Numbered from the stretch's first letter, positions 31,834-42,405 are shown. The stretch is DNA of 64,000 bases from an uncultured delta proteobacterium (GCA_963816145.1 CAWFJP010000005.1:96001-160000), one strand, 5' to 3'. The notes: a model not told the origin generated them from the sequence alone. A program made the numbers and translations.

Positions 31834-32883
31834 GTGATGATGAAACTTGCCAATATCGGCCTACGAATGTTCTTGGCATCGCAGCTATTGATTCTGCCGC
31901 TATTTTCGTTGCCGGACGCTAAGGCGGCGAAGCTCGATTGCAGCTCCGGTGGTAGCGCGAGTAACGACCTGCCGCGCACCGCCGCGATCGCCACCAACCC
32001 GGCGGGCACGGGCGCACATGCGCTCGGCGCTGGGCTTGCTTCGGTGGCGAGCAAGGTGACGGGTATCGCGCTCAAAGTGCAGCCGTACAACGGTCCCAAT
32101 GCTTGGATGCCGCTGCTTGAAAGCGGGGAGCTGGAGTTGGGCGTGCTCAATATCCTCGATTCGCAAATGGCCGCCACCGGCACCGGCAACTATAAGAAGC
32201 CCTATCCGATGCTTCGGGTGATCGCCGGCGGCGTGTTTCCCTTCACCGCGTCGGCGATGGTGCGCGACAAATCGGACATCAAACAGATCAGCGATTTGAA
32301 AGGCAAGCGCATGGCGTGGGATTACGGCGGCCACATGATCTCACAGACATTCCTCAACGCGGTTTTGGAAACCGGCGGGATAAAGCCAAGCGACGTGCAG
32401 CAGATCAGAGTCTCCAACGTCAACGACGGCATTCGTGCCGTGCCCGAAGGCAAAGTCGACGCGTCCTGGGCCTCTCTGGGTACCGGAACCAATGAAGAAG
32501 CCAATGCGATGGAGCCGGTGCGCATACTCAATATTCCCAACACCGAGGCGTCGAACAAAATTCTCGGCCGCTACGGCGGCTCAGTGGTCAAGGCGACGCC
32601 ATCGGCGGGCGTGCGCGGCGAGACCTTCGTGCTTGGCTATGCGCTGCACATCGTTGGCTCGAGCAAGTTGAGCGACCGCGCGGTTACGGCGCTGGTTAAA
32701 GCGTGGTGGGATAATCTGGCCGAGCTACAAACGATCCATCCGCTGTTCAAACAGTGGACCAAGGAAAACCAGGCGATCAGCAATTTCACGATCCCCTATC
32801 ACCCAGGCGCGGTGAAATTTTACAAAGACGTCGGCGTGTGGACGGCCAAGCAGGAGGCGCGGACCAAAGAAATTTGCAGCTAA
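31834..32883 (+). CDS. TAXI-family TRAP solute-binding protein (copy 1)
   Basis: ATNPAGT, SDLKGKR, IPYHPGAVKFYKD. Confidence 0.9.
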   Translation: MMMKLANIGLRMFLASQLLILPLFSLPDAKAAKLDCSSGGSASNDLPRTAAIATNPAGTGAHALGAGLASVASKVTGIALKVQPYNGPNAWMPLLESGELELGVLNILDSQMAATGTGNYKKPYPMLRVIAGGVFPFTASAMVRDKSDIKQISDLKGKRMAWDYGGHMISQTFLNAVLETGGIKPSDVQQIRVSNVNDGIRAVPEGKVDASWASLGTGTNEEANAMEPVRILNIPNTEASNKILGRYGGSVVKATPSAGVRGETFVLGYALHIVGSSKLSDRAVTALVKAWWDNLAELQTIHPLFKQWTKENQAISNFTIPYHPGAVKFYKDVGVWTAKQEARTKEICS

Positions 32884-32919
32884 CGGACCGGAGCACTGGA
32901 ATAGAGGAGAAATCGAGTC

Positions 32920-33969
32920 ATGGGAAGAAAGAACTTCATTAGAATGATTTCGCGATCGTTGGCGATGGCGATGGTGTTTTGCCCCCTTGGGACTTTTCAC
33001 GGCGTCGCCGTGGCGAAATTAGATTGCAGTCCGACGACCAACGCCAATATGGCATTGCCGCGCACGGTGGCGATCGCTTCCAACTTGCCAGGCACCGGCG
33101 CCCATGCGTTGGCGTCGGGATTGTCGGCGGTCGGGAGCAAGGTGACGACGATGTCAGCCAAGGTACAGCCGTATAACGGCCCCAACGCCTGGATGCCGTT
33201 GTTGGACGACGGCGAGATAGAGTTCGGCATCATCAACATTCTCGACGCCAACATGGCGGCCACCGGGACCGGCAACTACAAGAAGGCTTATCCGACCATT
33301 CGCGTCGTTGCCGGCGGTGTCTTTCCGTTCACCGGAAGTATCATGGTCCGCGATAAGTCAGAAATCCGCACGGCCGCTGACTTGAAGGGCAAGCGCATGG
33401 CCTGGGACTTCGGCGGCCATGCGATCACCCATACTTGGCAGATGGCAGCGCTGGAAGTGTTGGGGCTCAAACCAAGCGATGTGACGCAGGTGAGAGTGTC
33501 GAACTTGAACGACGCTATTCGCGGTGTGCCTGAAGGCAAAGTCGATGCTACCTTCGCCGCCATCGGCATCGGCATCAACGAAGAGGCCAATGCCATGGAG
33601 CCGATCCGGTTTCTCAGCTTGCCTGACAATGCCGCGTCGAACAAAATTCTCGCCAAATATGGCGCATCGATCGTCAAGCAAGAGCCGACCGCGGGCATTC
33701 GCAGCGATACTCGGGTGATCGGCTATCCGCTGCATTTGGCGAGCTCCACCAAGGTCAGCGACAAAACCGTGGCGACCCTGCTCAAAGCATGGTGGGATAA
33801 CATCGGCGAGCTGCAGACGATTCACCCACAGTTCAAAAAATGGACGAAGGATGTTCAGGCGATCACCAACTTCACCGTGCCTTATCATGACGGCGCGGTG
33901 AAGTTTTACAAAGAAGCCGGCGTGTGGGGCGCGAAACATGATGCGCGCACGAAGGAGATCTGCGGATGA
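32920..33969 (+). CDS. TAXI-family TRAP solute-binding protein (copy 2)
   Basis: Close paralog; VPYHDGAVKFYKE. Confidence 0.9.
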   Translation: MGRKNFIRMISRSLAMAMVFCPLGTFHGVAVAKLDCSPTTNANMALPRTVAIASNLPGTGAHALASGLSAVGSKVTTMSAKVQPYNGPNAWMPLLDDGEIEFGIINILDANMAATGTGNYKKAYPTIRVVAGGVFPFTGSIMVRDKSEIRTAADLKGKRMAWDFGGHAITHTWQMAALEVLGLKPSDVTQVRVSNLNDAIRGVPEGKVDATFAAIGIGINEEANAMEPIRFLSLPDNAASNKILAKYGASIVKQEPTAGIRSDTRVIGYPLHLASSTKVSDKTVATLLKAWWDNIGELQTIHPQFKKWTKDVQAITNFTVPYHDGAVKFYKEAGVWGAKHDARTKEICG

Positions 33970-35024
33970 GAAAATTGGCGTTTGAAATGGCTGGAGTAAT
34001 GGTTAAGAAGCGATTCGCGCGAAGTTTGGCGTTTCTACTAGTCGTGGCGCAGGTTCAGATCGTCGACGCGAAGCTCGACTGCGGGCCGACGACGAACCAG
34101 AGCAGCCAGTTGCCACGGACGATCGCCATCGGCACGAACCCGGCCGGCACCGGCGCCCATGCGATCGCGTCGGGGCTGGCGGCGATCGCCAGTCAGAAGA
34201 CGCAGGTGTCGGCGAAAGTGCAGCCCTACAACGGTCCCAACGCCTGGATGCCGCTGCTCGAAAGCGGCGAGATCGAGTTCGGTATCATCAATATTCTCGA
34301 TTCCAACATGGCGGCGACCGGGACCGGCAACTACAAGAAAGCCTATCCGGGCTTGCGCATCGTCGCCGGCGGCGTGTTCCCGTTCACCGCGGGTCTCATC
34401 GTGCGGGATAAATCGGATATCAAGCAGATGTCCGATCTCAAAGGCAAGCGGATCGCCTGGGATTACGGCGGCCATGCGATCAATCAAACCTGGCAGTTGG
34501 CGGTGATGGAAGCGAGCGGTTTGAAACCGGCCGACGTGCAGCAAGTGCGGGTGTCGAACTTGAACGACGGCGTGCGCGCCGTGCCCGAAGGCAAGGTCGA
34601 TGCGGCGTTCACCGCTGTCGGAATCGGCGTCGTCGAAGAAGCCAATGCCATGGAGCCGGTGCGTTTCTTGAGCATGCCGAACACCCCGGCGGCGAACAAG
34701 ATTCTCGGCCGCTACGGCGCGTCGGTGGTCAAGGCGGACGTGGCCGCCGGTGTCAAAGGCGACACCAATGTCATAGGCTATCCGCTCCACTTGGCGAGCA
34801 TGACCAACGTCAGCGACAAGACCGTCTACACAATGGTCAAGGCGTGGTGGGATAATTTGCCGGAGCTGCAGACCATCCATCCGCTCTTCAAGAAATGGCC
34901 CAAGGATATGCAAGCGCTGAGCAACTTCACCGTGCCTTATCATTCCGGTGCGATTCAGTTTTATAAAGAGATGAAAGTCTGGGGTGCCAAGCAGGAAGCG
35001 CGGACCAAAGAGATCTGCGGCTGA
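33966..35024 (+). CDS. TAXI-family TRAP solute-binding protein (copy 3)
   Basis: Close paralog; ATGA overlap with copy 2; VPYHSGAIQFYKE. Confidence 0.9.
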   Translation: MRKLAFEMAGVMVKKRFARSLAFLLVVAQVQIVDAKLDCGPTTNQSSQLPRTIAIGTNPAGTGAHAIASGLAAIASQKTQVSAKVQPYNGPNAWMPLLESGEIEFGIINILDSNMAATGTGNYKKAYPGLRIVAGGVFPFTAGLIVRDKSDIKQMSDLKGKRIAWDYGGHAINQTWQLAVMEASGLKPADVQQVRVSNLNDGVRAVPEGKVDAAFTAVGIGVVEEANAMEPVRFLSMPNTPAANKILGRYGASVVKADVAAGVKGDTNVIGYPLHLASMTNVSDKTVYTMVKAWWDNLPELQTIHPLFKKWPKDMQALSNFTVPYHSGAIQFYKEMKVWGAKQEARTKEICG

Positions 35025-35087
35025 TGCAAGATGATAGAGCGGTGATGCAGTCCGAAACGTTCAGTCAACGCATCGCGGTCGTGCCCG

Positions 35088-37085
35088 TTGCCATATTACG
35101 GTGACAAGGAGATCCTAGTGGAGATCGAAGAAAGCGTACGAGGGCGGGAGCTGAGCGGCTTTGCCGGCGGGCTGGGAAAGCTTTTGCTTATCGCCATTCC
35201 ACTCTCCGGCATGTTTTTTCTGCTTAACGTGCCGCAGCAGATCGGCTGGTTGGTTTTCAATGAGCAGTACATGGGGCTGTTTCTCGGTCTCGGTTTATGT
35301 GCGACCTACATCTTGATTCCCGCTAAACCGACCGTCAGCCGTGATTACGTCCCTTGGTACGACATCCTCGCGGCATTGGCCGGCATGACGGTTGGGCTTT
35401 ACGTTTTCGTTTTTTATCCTTCGATCGTCAATTCTCTCGGCGATATCTCCACGGAGCGGGTCATCCTCGGCTGCATCACGATCCTGCTGCTCGCCGAAGC
35501 TTCGCGCCGGCTGGTGGGATGGCCGCTGGTGATCATCGCCGGCTGTTTTCTGCTCTACGCCTACTTCGCGTATCTGTTCCCCGGCGATTTCTACGGCAAG
35601 GGCTGGTCGATCAATCGACTGGCGACGTATCTCTATCTCGATGCCAACGGAATTTTCGGCCAGGCGCTCCAGGTGGGCGTCAGTATCGTTATCGTCTTTG
35701 TTATTTTCGGCGAAGTGCTCTACGTCGTCGGCGGCGCCGAGTTTCTCAGCGATTTTTCCCTGAGTTTAATGGGACGTTATCGCGGCGGCCAGGCAAAGAT
35801 CGCCATCGTGTCGTCGAGTTTGTTCGGCAACATCAGCGGCAGCGCCGTGGCCAACGTCGTGGTCGACGGCGCGTTTACGATCCCGATGATGAAAAAGGCC
35901 GGGTATCCGGCAGCCCAAGCGGCGGCGATCGAAGCCACCGCTTCCACCGGCGGGCAGATCATGCCGCCGGTGATGGGCGCCGCGGCGTTTTTGATCGCCG
36001 AATATTTGCAAATCCCGTATGCGCAAGTGGCGCTGGCGGCGGCGGTTCCAGCGGTCCTTTACTATGTCGCGTTGTTCATCCAGGTCGATCTTTTGGCGGC
36101 GCGCAACGGTATTCATGGGCTGCCGCGTGAAGAAGTGCCGCATCTATTGCCTGTGCTCAAGCGGTCGGCGAGTTTCGTCGTGCCGCTCGGTGTGCTGATC
36201 CTGTGGATGTTCATTCTCAATCGCCGGCCGGAAGAGGCGGGCTTGCTGGCGGCATTGGCGGCGCTCATCGTCGGCCTGGTCACGCCGGGAGTAAAAATCG
36301 GCTGGAATGGGATTCTCCGCATGCTTACCAACGCCGGTCGCGGCATGTTGGAGATCGTGGCCATTACCGGACTTGCCGGCGTGGTCATCGGCGTGCTGCA
36401 ACTGACTGGGCTCGGTTTCACTCTGACGTTGACCTTACTCAACATCGGCCAGAGCAATGCGTTGTTGCTGCTCGTCTTGACTGCGATTGTCAGCATCATA
36501 CTCGGTATGGGCATGCCGACCACGGCTGTCTACGTGCTGTTGGCCGTCTTGGTGGCGCCGGGTCTGGCTAAGCTCGGTATCGTTCCCATCGCCGCGCATC
36601 TTTTCATTTTTTACTTCGGCATGCTGAGTATGGTGACGCCGCCGGTGTGCATGGCCAGCTACGCGGCTGCATCCATAGGCAAAACCGACCCGGTCCAGAC
36701 CGGCTGGGAGGCGATGAAGCTTTGCAGCATCGCCTATGTCGTGCCGTTCTTGTTCGTATTTTCGCCGTCATTGTTGTTGATCGGCCATTGGTATGAGGTT
36801 GTGCTTTCAGTCATTACCGCTATCCTCGGTTCGATACTCCTGGGGGTCGGCATAGTCGGTTATTTATTTCGGCGGGTGGGCGTGTCGAAGCGGCTCTTAT
36901 TTACGATCGCCGCGGTCGGCTTGCTCATTCCCGTCGTCCACAGCGGCAAATTCGCGATGCTCACCTGGGCGACCAATGGCATTGGCCTGGTGCTGGCCGT
37001 TTTATTGGTGGCGGTGGAGTGGATCGCGCGTGGTCACGGTAAGATGATCGCTGCGCCCAACGGTGTCAAAGCGCCAGCACAGTAG
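35088..37085 (+). CDS. TRAP transporter fused permease (4TM/12TM)
   Basis: ISGSAVANV, ASTGGQIMPPVMGAAAF, GMGMPTT, TPPV; true start may be slightly downstream. Confidence 0.93.
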   Translation: MPYYGDKEILVEIEESVRGRELSGFAGGLGKLLLIAIPLSGMFFLLNVPQQIGWLVFNEQYMGLFLGLGLCATYILIPAKPTVSRDYVPWYDILAALAGMTVGLYVFVFYPSIVNSLGDISTERVILGCITILLLAEASRRLVGWPLVIIAGCFLLYAYFAYLFPGDFYGKGWSINRLATYLYLDANGIFGQALQVGVSIVIVFVIFGEVLYVVGGAEFLSDFSLSLMGRYRGGQAKIAIVSSSLFGNISGSAVANVVVDGAFTIPMMKKAGYPAAQAAAIEATASTGGQIMPPVMGAAAFLIAEYLQIPYAQVALAAAVPAVLYYVALFIQVDLLAARNGIHGLPREEVPHLLPVLKRSASFVVPLGVLILWMFILNRRPEEAGLLAALAALIVGLVTPGVKIGWNGILRMLTNAGRGMLEIVAITGLAGVVIGVLQLTGLGFTLTLTLLNIGQSNALLLLVLTAIVSIILGMGMPTTAVYVLLAVLVAPGLAKLGIVPIAAHLFIFYFGMLSMVTPPVCMASYAAASIGKTDPVQTGWEAMKLCSIAYVVPFLFVFSPSLLLIGHWYEVVLSVITAILGSILLGVGIVGYLFRRVGVSKRLLFTIAAVGLLIPVVHSGKFAMLTWATNGIGLVLAVLLVAVEWIARGHGKMIAAPNGVKAPAQ

Positions 37086-37164
37086 CCGGGTTGCGCACGG
37101 CGCTCATAGCGATTGGCCAACGTGGATACGGAATCCACGCTCACAGTTCTATGGGCCTGGAAGT

Positions 37165-38628
37165 CTACGGAAGAGAGTGGACAGCGGCCAGGTATTCTTT
37201 ACGCAGATAGCCGACGTTGCCCGAAGTGTTTACCTTGACCTTGATCCAATCGCGCTCTTTGCGCAGTACCGTCACGCGCGTCCCCAAACCGACCTTTTCG
37301 ATGGCATCGGCGGCAAAGCGCGGCTCGTGTTTGAGCGCGGCGGTGCGGGCGATCTCGGCTTCAGTCTCCGCAGTGGTTGGTGCGGGAGCGAGTACGCGTT
37401 TGACTGCCGGATGGCCCGGCGAATCGCTGTTCCGCTTAGCCGCTGCGGCGATCTCCGTATCGGCCGCTCGCTCAAGCGGCTCGCGGGTGTGGGGCTTAAG
37501 TGCGGATTCGTTGTTGGCGACCGTTGGCAATTCCGCAGCGGGCGGTTCAGCTTCTTCGAGCGCGAAGCTCGTATGCGTTGCCGCGAGCTCTTCCCCGACC
37601 AGTGCCGGCTCGTGAGCTTGCCCTTCGGCAACCTGCTGTGTCGACGACGTCGCTCGTGGATTGAAAATCAGCGGAACGGAAACCTCGGCAGCCGTTGTGC
37701 CGCCATGCGGCAGCTTCCACAACTTTGCCTCGGCGATGATCACTTCGAGAAATCGATGCTCCGACAATCTCGAGAGCACCTCCTCGACCTTGGCGACTCT
37801 TCCTGACGGTTCGATCTTGAGTTTAAGCGACACGTATCCACTGGTATTCGGATCGGCTTCGATCCAGCGGGCATAGGCTTTGGTCAATTCCCCAAGCTGG
37901 TTGCTGAGCAGCCGTCTCGCCGGCTCCGCAGTGAATGTCGGTGCCAGTAGGACAACCGGTCGAGTGCGATCCGCGATTATTTCCGTCTCACTATCATCGC
38001 CGCTAGCGAGGGATATTAGCTGCACAGGGTTCTGTGCGAGTGGCGCTCGACGTCCGGTCATTACATAGAAGCCCAAAAGCACGATGATGATCATCGCGCC
38101 GGCGCCGATCAAAGCGTACTCGTCCCAGCGATCGAGGCGCCACGGCGCTCGCGGGAACACTTCGAGCCCGGCGTCATCGATGCCCGCCGCGGTCCATGGT
38201 AATGCCGCGGGAACTATGCAGGTGCTCGGAGCCTCTTCGGATTGTTCGATAGAGCGCGCCTCGCTAATCGAGATGTCGAGCGGTTGATTTAACATCAGCC
38301 GCCGAATCAACCGTTGATAAACTATTTTTTGAATCGTTTGGCCGTCTCGTTCGGCATGTTGAAAACAGACTAAAAAAATTTGCCGGACGATATGCCGTTC
38401 ATTGCTCGACAGATCGGTGAAAAGCCTAAGTTCGTCAATCTGGCGATTGAACGGGCCGGTGCCGAATCGCGATACGTTGGCGAGCAACAACAGCAGGCGC
38501 GCCATGCGGTCCTGTGGTTGGGCTTCGATCCGCTGCGAGAGCGCAGCAATCGCTTGATCGTAGCACGCTTCCTGGAGAAGCCGCTGCACCTTACTATAGG
38601 TGAATTCTGTGATTGGCAGTTTAGCCAT
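37165..38628 (-). CDS. Bitopic protein: TPR-like N-terminus, TM, AgmX/PglI (TonB-C-like) domain, C-terminal SH3b
   Basis: TM ALIGAGAMIIIVLLGFYV; GYVSLKLKIEPSGRV...VPLIF; GTRVTVL...WIKV...GYLRKEYL. Confidence 0.72.
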   Translation of the reverse strand: MAKLPITEFTYSKVQRLLQEACYDQAIAALSQRIEAQPQDRMARLLLLLANVSRFGTGPFNRQIDELRLFTDLSSNERHIVRQIFLVCFQHAERDGQTIQKIVYQRLIRRLMLNQPLDISISEARSIEQSEEAPSTCIVPAALPWTAAGIDDAGLEVFPRAPWRLDRWDEYALIGAGAMIIIVLLGFYVMTGRRAPLAQNPVQLISLASGDDSETEIIADRTRPVVLLAPTFTAEPARRLLSNQLGELTKAYARWIEADPNTSGYVSLKLKIEPSGRVAKVEEVLSRLSEHRFLEVIIAEAKLWKLPHGGTTAAEVSVPLIFNPRATSSTQQVAEGQAHEPALVGEELAATHTSFALEEAEPPAAELPTVANNESALKPHTREPLERAADTEIAAAAKRNSDSPGHPAVKRVLAPAPTTAETEAEIARTAALKHEPRFAADAIEKVGLGTRVTVLRKERDWIKVKVNTSGNVGYLRKEYLAAVHSLP

Positions 38629-39007
38629 CTGCCGCTCGTTTCGTCGGATGCAAAAAAGCAGGCAGAACATACCACCAACGACCGTTGTTATGTCAAGTAA
38701 AACGTCCCTATTTTTTGTGAAATCTGAGCGTCCCAGGTTGGGGCTGTATGTAGGTACAATCCCGACTGTTGAGGCCTCCAAATTGTGGTTTCTGGTTGTG
38801 GGGGTAGGATTCCAACTGTTGCGGATCGATGGGTCGCGCTCAACCCGCCCCACATGGAATGGCATTAGCGGGCACTGCGCTACAAGTTGTTCGTATTTGG
38901 ATTGCTGGGAAACAGCCGTTTAGCCGCTATCTTTCAAAGCCGCTCGTCCCACTACTTGATCACAAATGGCCGCTGGAGCTGTCATCGGTCTAGCCGCCAC
39001 TATAACT

Positions 39008-39841
39008 CTAACGCGAGCTATTTTGCTTGACCCAATCGGCAATCGTTTTGTTGGTTTCTGCCGGCGCCTGCCAGAAAAAGCCATGGGACTGGCCCTTGAG
39101 CAACTGGAGTTCGGCGCCGGCGATGCGGTTTCTCAATGACTGCGCTTGGGCCAGGTGATTGCTGCGCGCCGAATCGTTGTCGCCGATCAGAATCAACGTC
39201 GGCACTTTGAGGTCGCCGAGCCGATGCGTCGCTTCCCAGTTGTGGCGCGCGATGATCAGATGAATGTACTCAGAAAGTTTGGCGTGAGTTGGCCAGACTT
39301 GTCGAAAAAAGGCTTCAATCGTGTCGGGATTTTTCTTGCGATAGTCGTCGGTGAAAAACGCGCTGGTGTCGCAGTATTCTTCGCGCAGCGCTTTCTCGAA
39401 ACCCTTTTCGACCAGGCGAATCACCAGCCAGTGCGGCAGTCCCGGCACGCAATCCGGCCCCGGCCGCGGCACCTGTCCGGAGCCGCTGGCGGCCATGATC
39501 AAACTCTTCACCCGTCCGGGAAAATTGAGCGCCATTTCCAGCGCGATGCGCCCGCCCATCGAGTGGCCGCAGAGATGCGCCGAGGGGATTTTCAAATGAT
39601 CGAGCAGGGCGACGATGTCGTTGGCCATCTGATTGATTGTGTAAACTTGCTGCGCTGCCACCGAGCGACCGCAACCGCGCGGATCGTGCAGGATGAGGTT
39701 CGTCGAGTCTGCGAGCGGCAGCTGCGATGGCTTCCAAGCTTCGGCGGAGAATCCGGTCGACGGTATAAGCACCAGCGGCTCGCCTTGGCCGTGGGTTTCA
39801 TAATAAAGATTTGCGCCCGATGGTAAATTTACATTTGGCAT
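39008..39841 (-). CDS. Alpha/beta hydrolase
   Basis: DPRGCGRS, GHSMGG, PTLILIGDND, H. Confidence 0.92.
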   Translation of the reverse strand: MPNVNLPSGANLYYETHGQGEPLVLIPSTGFSAEAWKPSQLPLADSTNLILHDPRGCGRSVAAQQVYTINQMANDIVALLDHLKIPSAHLCGHSMGGRIALEMALNFPGRVKSLIMAASGSGQVPRPGPDCVPGLPHWLVIRLVEKGFEKALREEYCDTSAFFTDDYRKKNPDTIEAFFRQVWPTHAKLSEYIHLIIARHNWEATHRLGDLKVPTLILIGDNDSARSNHLAQAQSLRNRIAGAELQLLKGQSHGFFWQAPAETNKTIADWVKQNSSR

Positions 39842-39870
39842 CGTTCTGTTTCTCCTTGGGTCTTTTAAAT

Positions 39871-40007
39871 CGTTCCAAATGTTCCAATGGTTCCAGACGT
39901 TCCAAAGGTTCGGATGGCAAATGCAGGCGGAGCGGAGACTGCTAACTGGAGCGAATGTGATCCGGCCTTAACGATTGGAACCCCTGGAACATTTGGAACG
40001 ACTGGAA
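39871..40007. repeat. Inverted repeat with 9-bp GTTCCA tandem arms
   Basis: GTTCCAAATGTTCCAATGGTTCCAGACGTTCCAA ... TTGGAACCCCTGGAACATTTGGAACGACTGGAAC. Confidence 0.82.
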
Positions 40008-40012
40008 CTATT

Positions 40013-40873
40013 TTAGATTTTCAATTGTTTGATCATCGCCTGGGTCAGCGGGTTAGCTTCGTCCAATAATTTTTCCGACATGGTGTAGTGATTGGCGCCG
40101 GGGACGACGAGGTAGTCGACCTTCATGCCTTGTTGCTTGCAGTAGTTGAAATAGTCTTCGGACATTTGCTGCCAGCCTTTGGGCTCCGCGCTGCCGACGG
40201 CGACCACCAGCGGGCATTTCACTTTGGGCGGGTTTAAGAACGGGCTGTTGAGTTTCGCGGCATCGGGTGTGAGCTTCACCTGCTCTTGAACGCTGATCTT
40301 CATCACCATATCGAGATCGAAAACGCCGGAAGTAGCGACGGCGCCCTTGATGCAGTCCTGCGGCAGACCTTCTTTCGTCCAATCATGCGCCAACGCCATG
40401 GCGGTCAGATGACCGCCGGCGGAGTGGCCGGAAACGTAAATGCGCGACGGATCGCCGCTGTAGCGCGTGACGTTTTTGCCAACCCAGACGATGCTGGCGC
40501 GAGTCTGCCGGACGATGTCGGTGACGGTGACCTGCGGGCAGAGATCGTATTCGACCAGCACAACAGTCGCACCGCGCTTGGTGAAGGTCGGCACGAAGTT
40601 GCAGTTGTCTTCCTTGCTGCCGCTGCGCCAGTAGCCGCCGTGGATGTAAACCAACACCGGCCCGCCGGGCTTGTCCGCGGCGTATATGTCCAGCAGCTCG
40701 CGCGGCGAACTGCCGTACGGAACGTTGAGCCAGGATTTCGCCGACTCGCGGACTTTTTTGGCCTGCGCTGCGCGGACTTTTGCCAGCTCCGGATACTCCG
40801 GCACCGACTCGCGCGGGTTGTACTGATACTCCATCTCGTCCGGGCGGAAGCCTTTGTAAAGTTCGCTGTTCAT
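40013..40873 (-). CDS. Alpha/beta hydrolase, arylformamidase (kynurenine formamidase)-like
   Basis: QYNPR, HGGYW, YDLCP, GHSAGGH, SGVFDL, NH. Confidence 0.88.
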   Translation of the reverse strand: MNSELYKGFRPDEMEYQYNPRESVPEYPELAKVRAAQAKKVRESAKSWLNVPYGSSPRELLDIYAADKPGGPVLVYIHGGYWRSGSKEDNCNFVPTFTKRGATVVLVEYDLCPQVTVTDIVRQTRASIVWVGKNVTRYSGDPSRIYVSGHSAGGHLTAMALAHDWTKEGLPQDCIKGAVATSGVFDLDMVMKISVQEQVKLTPDAAKLNSPFLNPPKVKCPLVVAVGSAEPKGWQQMSEDYFNYCKQQGMKVDYLVVPGANHYTMSEKLLDEANPLTQAMIKQLKI

Positions 40874-41028
40874 GGGTTGATGTCCTTATTGCATTGGAGT
40901 TCGGGAACGTAGCCTACTTCGCCGACAGTAGTGGAAAGGCGGTTTCGATGTCAACGTTTCTGGAAGTTGGGAACGAACCATGCCTTGTGATAGTTGTCCG
41001 GCGTTAACACATTTGTTATTATCGCCGG

Positions 41029-41359
41029 GTGGACTACGAGATTGTCTACTACAGCGTGGCTGTACAGCAGCGGATTGTCGAGTTGCCTGACACCTTGGCT
41101 GCCCGATACGTTGTCCTCACGCGTCGGATGGTGGCACTCGGGCCTAATCTTGGTGAACCTCACACTAAGGCGTTTGGCAACGGATTATTTGAGCTACGGC
41201 TCAAGGGAGCGGAAGGCATTGCTCGGGTGTTCTTCTGTACTTTGATTGGCAAGCGCATCGTCATGCTTCATAGTTTCGCAAGAAGTTGGAACGAACGCCA
41301 CTGCGCGAACGCCAGATAGCGAGGCGCGAATGAAGGAGATTAAAAATGCGAACTCATGA
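41029..41359 (+). pseudogene. Type II toxin, RelE/ParE (Gp49-like), frameshifted near the C-terminus
   Basis: GPNLGEPHTKAFGNGLFELRLKGAEGIARVFFC..IVMLHSF; tail ARMKEIKNANS lies in another frame. Confidence 0.82.
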
Positions 41360-41630
41360 TCAATTGGTCGAGAAGCTGAGCGCCGAAAGGCGTGCGATCC
41401 GAAGTCGAACGCATTGAGCGCGAAGAAGGAGCGTTGCTAGACGCCTTGCTCAAGGCGCGTCAACAGGCCGGACTCTACGAGGCGCAGCTTGCCAAACGCA
41501 TGCGTACCCAGGCTCCTACCATGCCCACATGGAGCGCGCGATCGCGACGGCCAAACATTCGCCTTCCATCGTACCGTTCGAAGGTATGTGAAAGCGTGTG
41601 GCAAGCGCTTGGTTCTTCGTGTGGCGTGCG
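41346..41630 (+). pseudogene. HTH (Xre/HigA-like) antitoxin, multiply frameshifted
   Basis: MRTHDQLVEKL / VRSEVERIEREEGALLDALLKARQQAGL..QLAKRM.TQ / KHSPS / ACGKRLVLRVA across frames. Confidence 0.78.
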
Positions 41631-41694
41631 GGAAAGTAGATATTTTATCTCGTGCGTAGTTAGAGATAATGATGAGTTAACGATAAGCAAATAA

Positions 41695-41901
41695 ACAAAG
41701 CCTGGTACTCGCACGTGGCTTTCACCACCCGCAATCGGGAAACCCTTGGGCGGCGTCAGCGGCTCACCGCTTTTTGCTGTCGTTGAGAACGGCGTAGTAT
41801 CTTGGCGCCTGGTCGGAGTAGTGACTGAATTCGGATCAACCTTCGAGATCCTTTATGTCTCCTCCTTGTCGAGAGTTCGTCCCGATGGTTCTATCCTTTG
41901 A
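41695..41901 (+). pseudogene. C-terminal fragment of a trypsin-like serine protease
   Basis: Start-less frame: LGGVSGSPLFAVVENGVVSWRLVGVVTE...RPDGSIL*. Confidence 0.55.
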
Positions 41902-42286
41902 ACCTAGATCAGCTGCCGGTCTGACAAGTTGCACAGTCCAAATTTCTTGGAGGACGATTAACGATGAAAGATAAGGCGAGGGTCCTTCCGCTAGTAGCAA
42001 GGCATCTGGACTCACGCGCTTGTTCGCCGCTCGTTACGCGACGAGCGACCTATTTCTGCTGGATCACTGACAGCGCCACTGGCTCGAGTTGGCACTTGTG
42101 GATCGGCGAACCGTTTCGCACTCGATCAGGCAGTGCTTGATCCGCCTGGGATGAATCAAGGCGATCGCTCGTTTCGGGAGGTCAGATGTGTTGGACGGTC
42201 AATCCTGAATCACGAGGGCAATTGTCGGCAGCAGAGTTTGCTGCACGGCTGCGGCTGAATACATGCTTTCGCGTAGAAGCTGCGCC

Positions 42287-42382
42287 GCCTAACCCTCGCT
42301 CAACCGGACGCGCCGGTACGGACCTTCTGGATTTGGCGATCGTCGGTGTCCGCGCGCCCCGGTTAGCTTGATTGCGTCAGGC
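42287..42382 (+). mobile_element. Degenerate integron attC site
   Basis: GCCTAAC (RYYYAAC) ... GCTCAACCGGACGCGC ... GCGCGCCCCGGTTAGC ... GTCAGGC (one change from GTTAGGC), followed by RBS and ATG. Confidence 0.78.
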
Positions 42383-42405
42383 TCTTAGGGAAAGGAGGAC
42401 TGGCG

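Noticed and set aside
39871-40007. GTTCCA tandems as CRISPR repeats
   Set aside because: Units are 9 bp with no spacers and form inverted arms
41900-42060. Further attC site after the protease fragment
   Set aside because: Only a GTCTGAC-like half site; no convincing dyad or matching core
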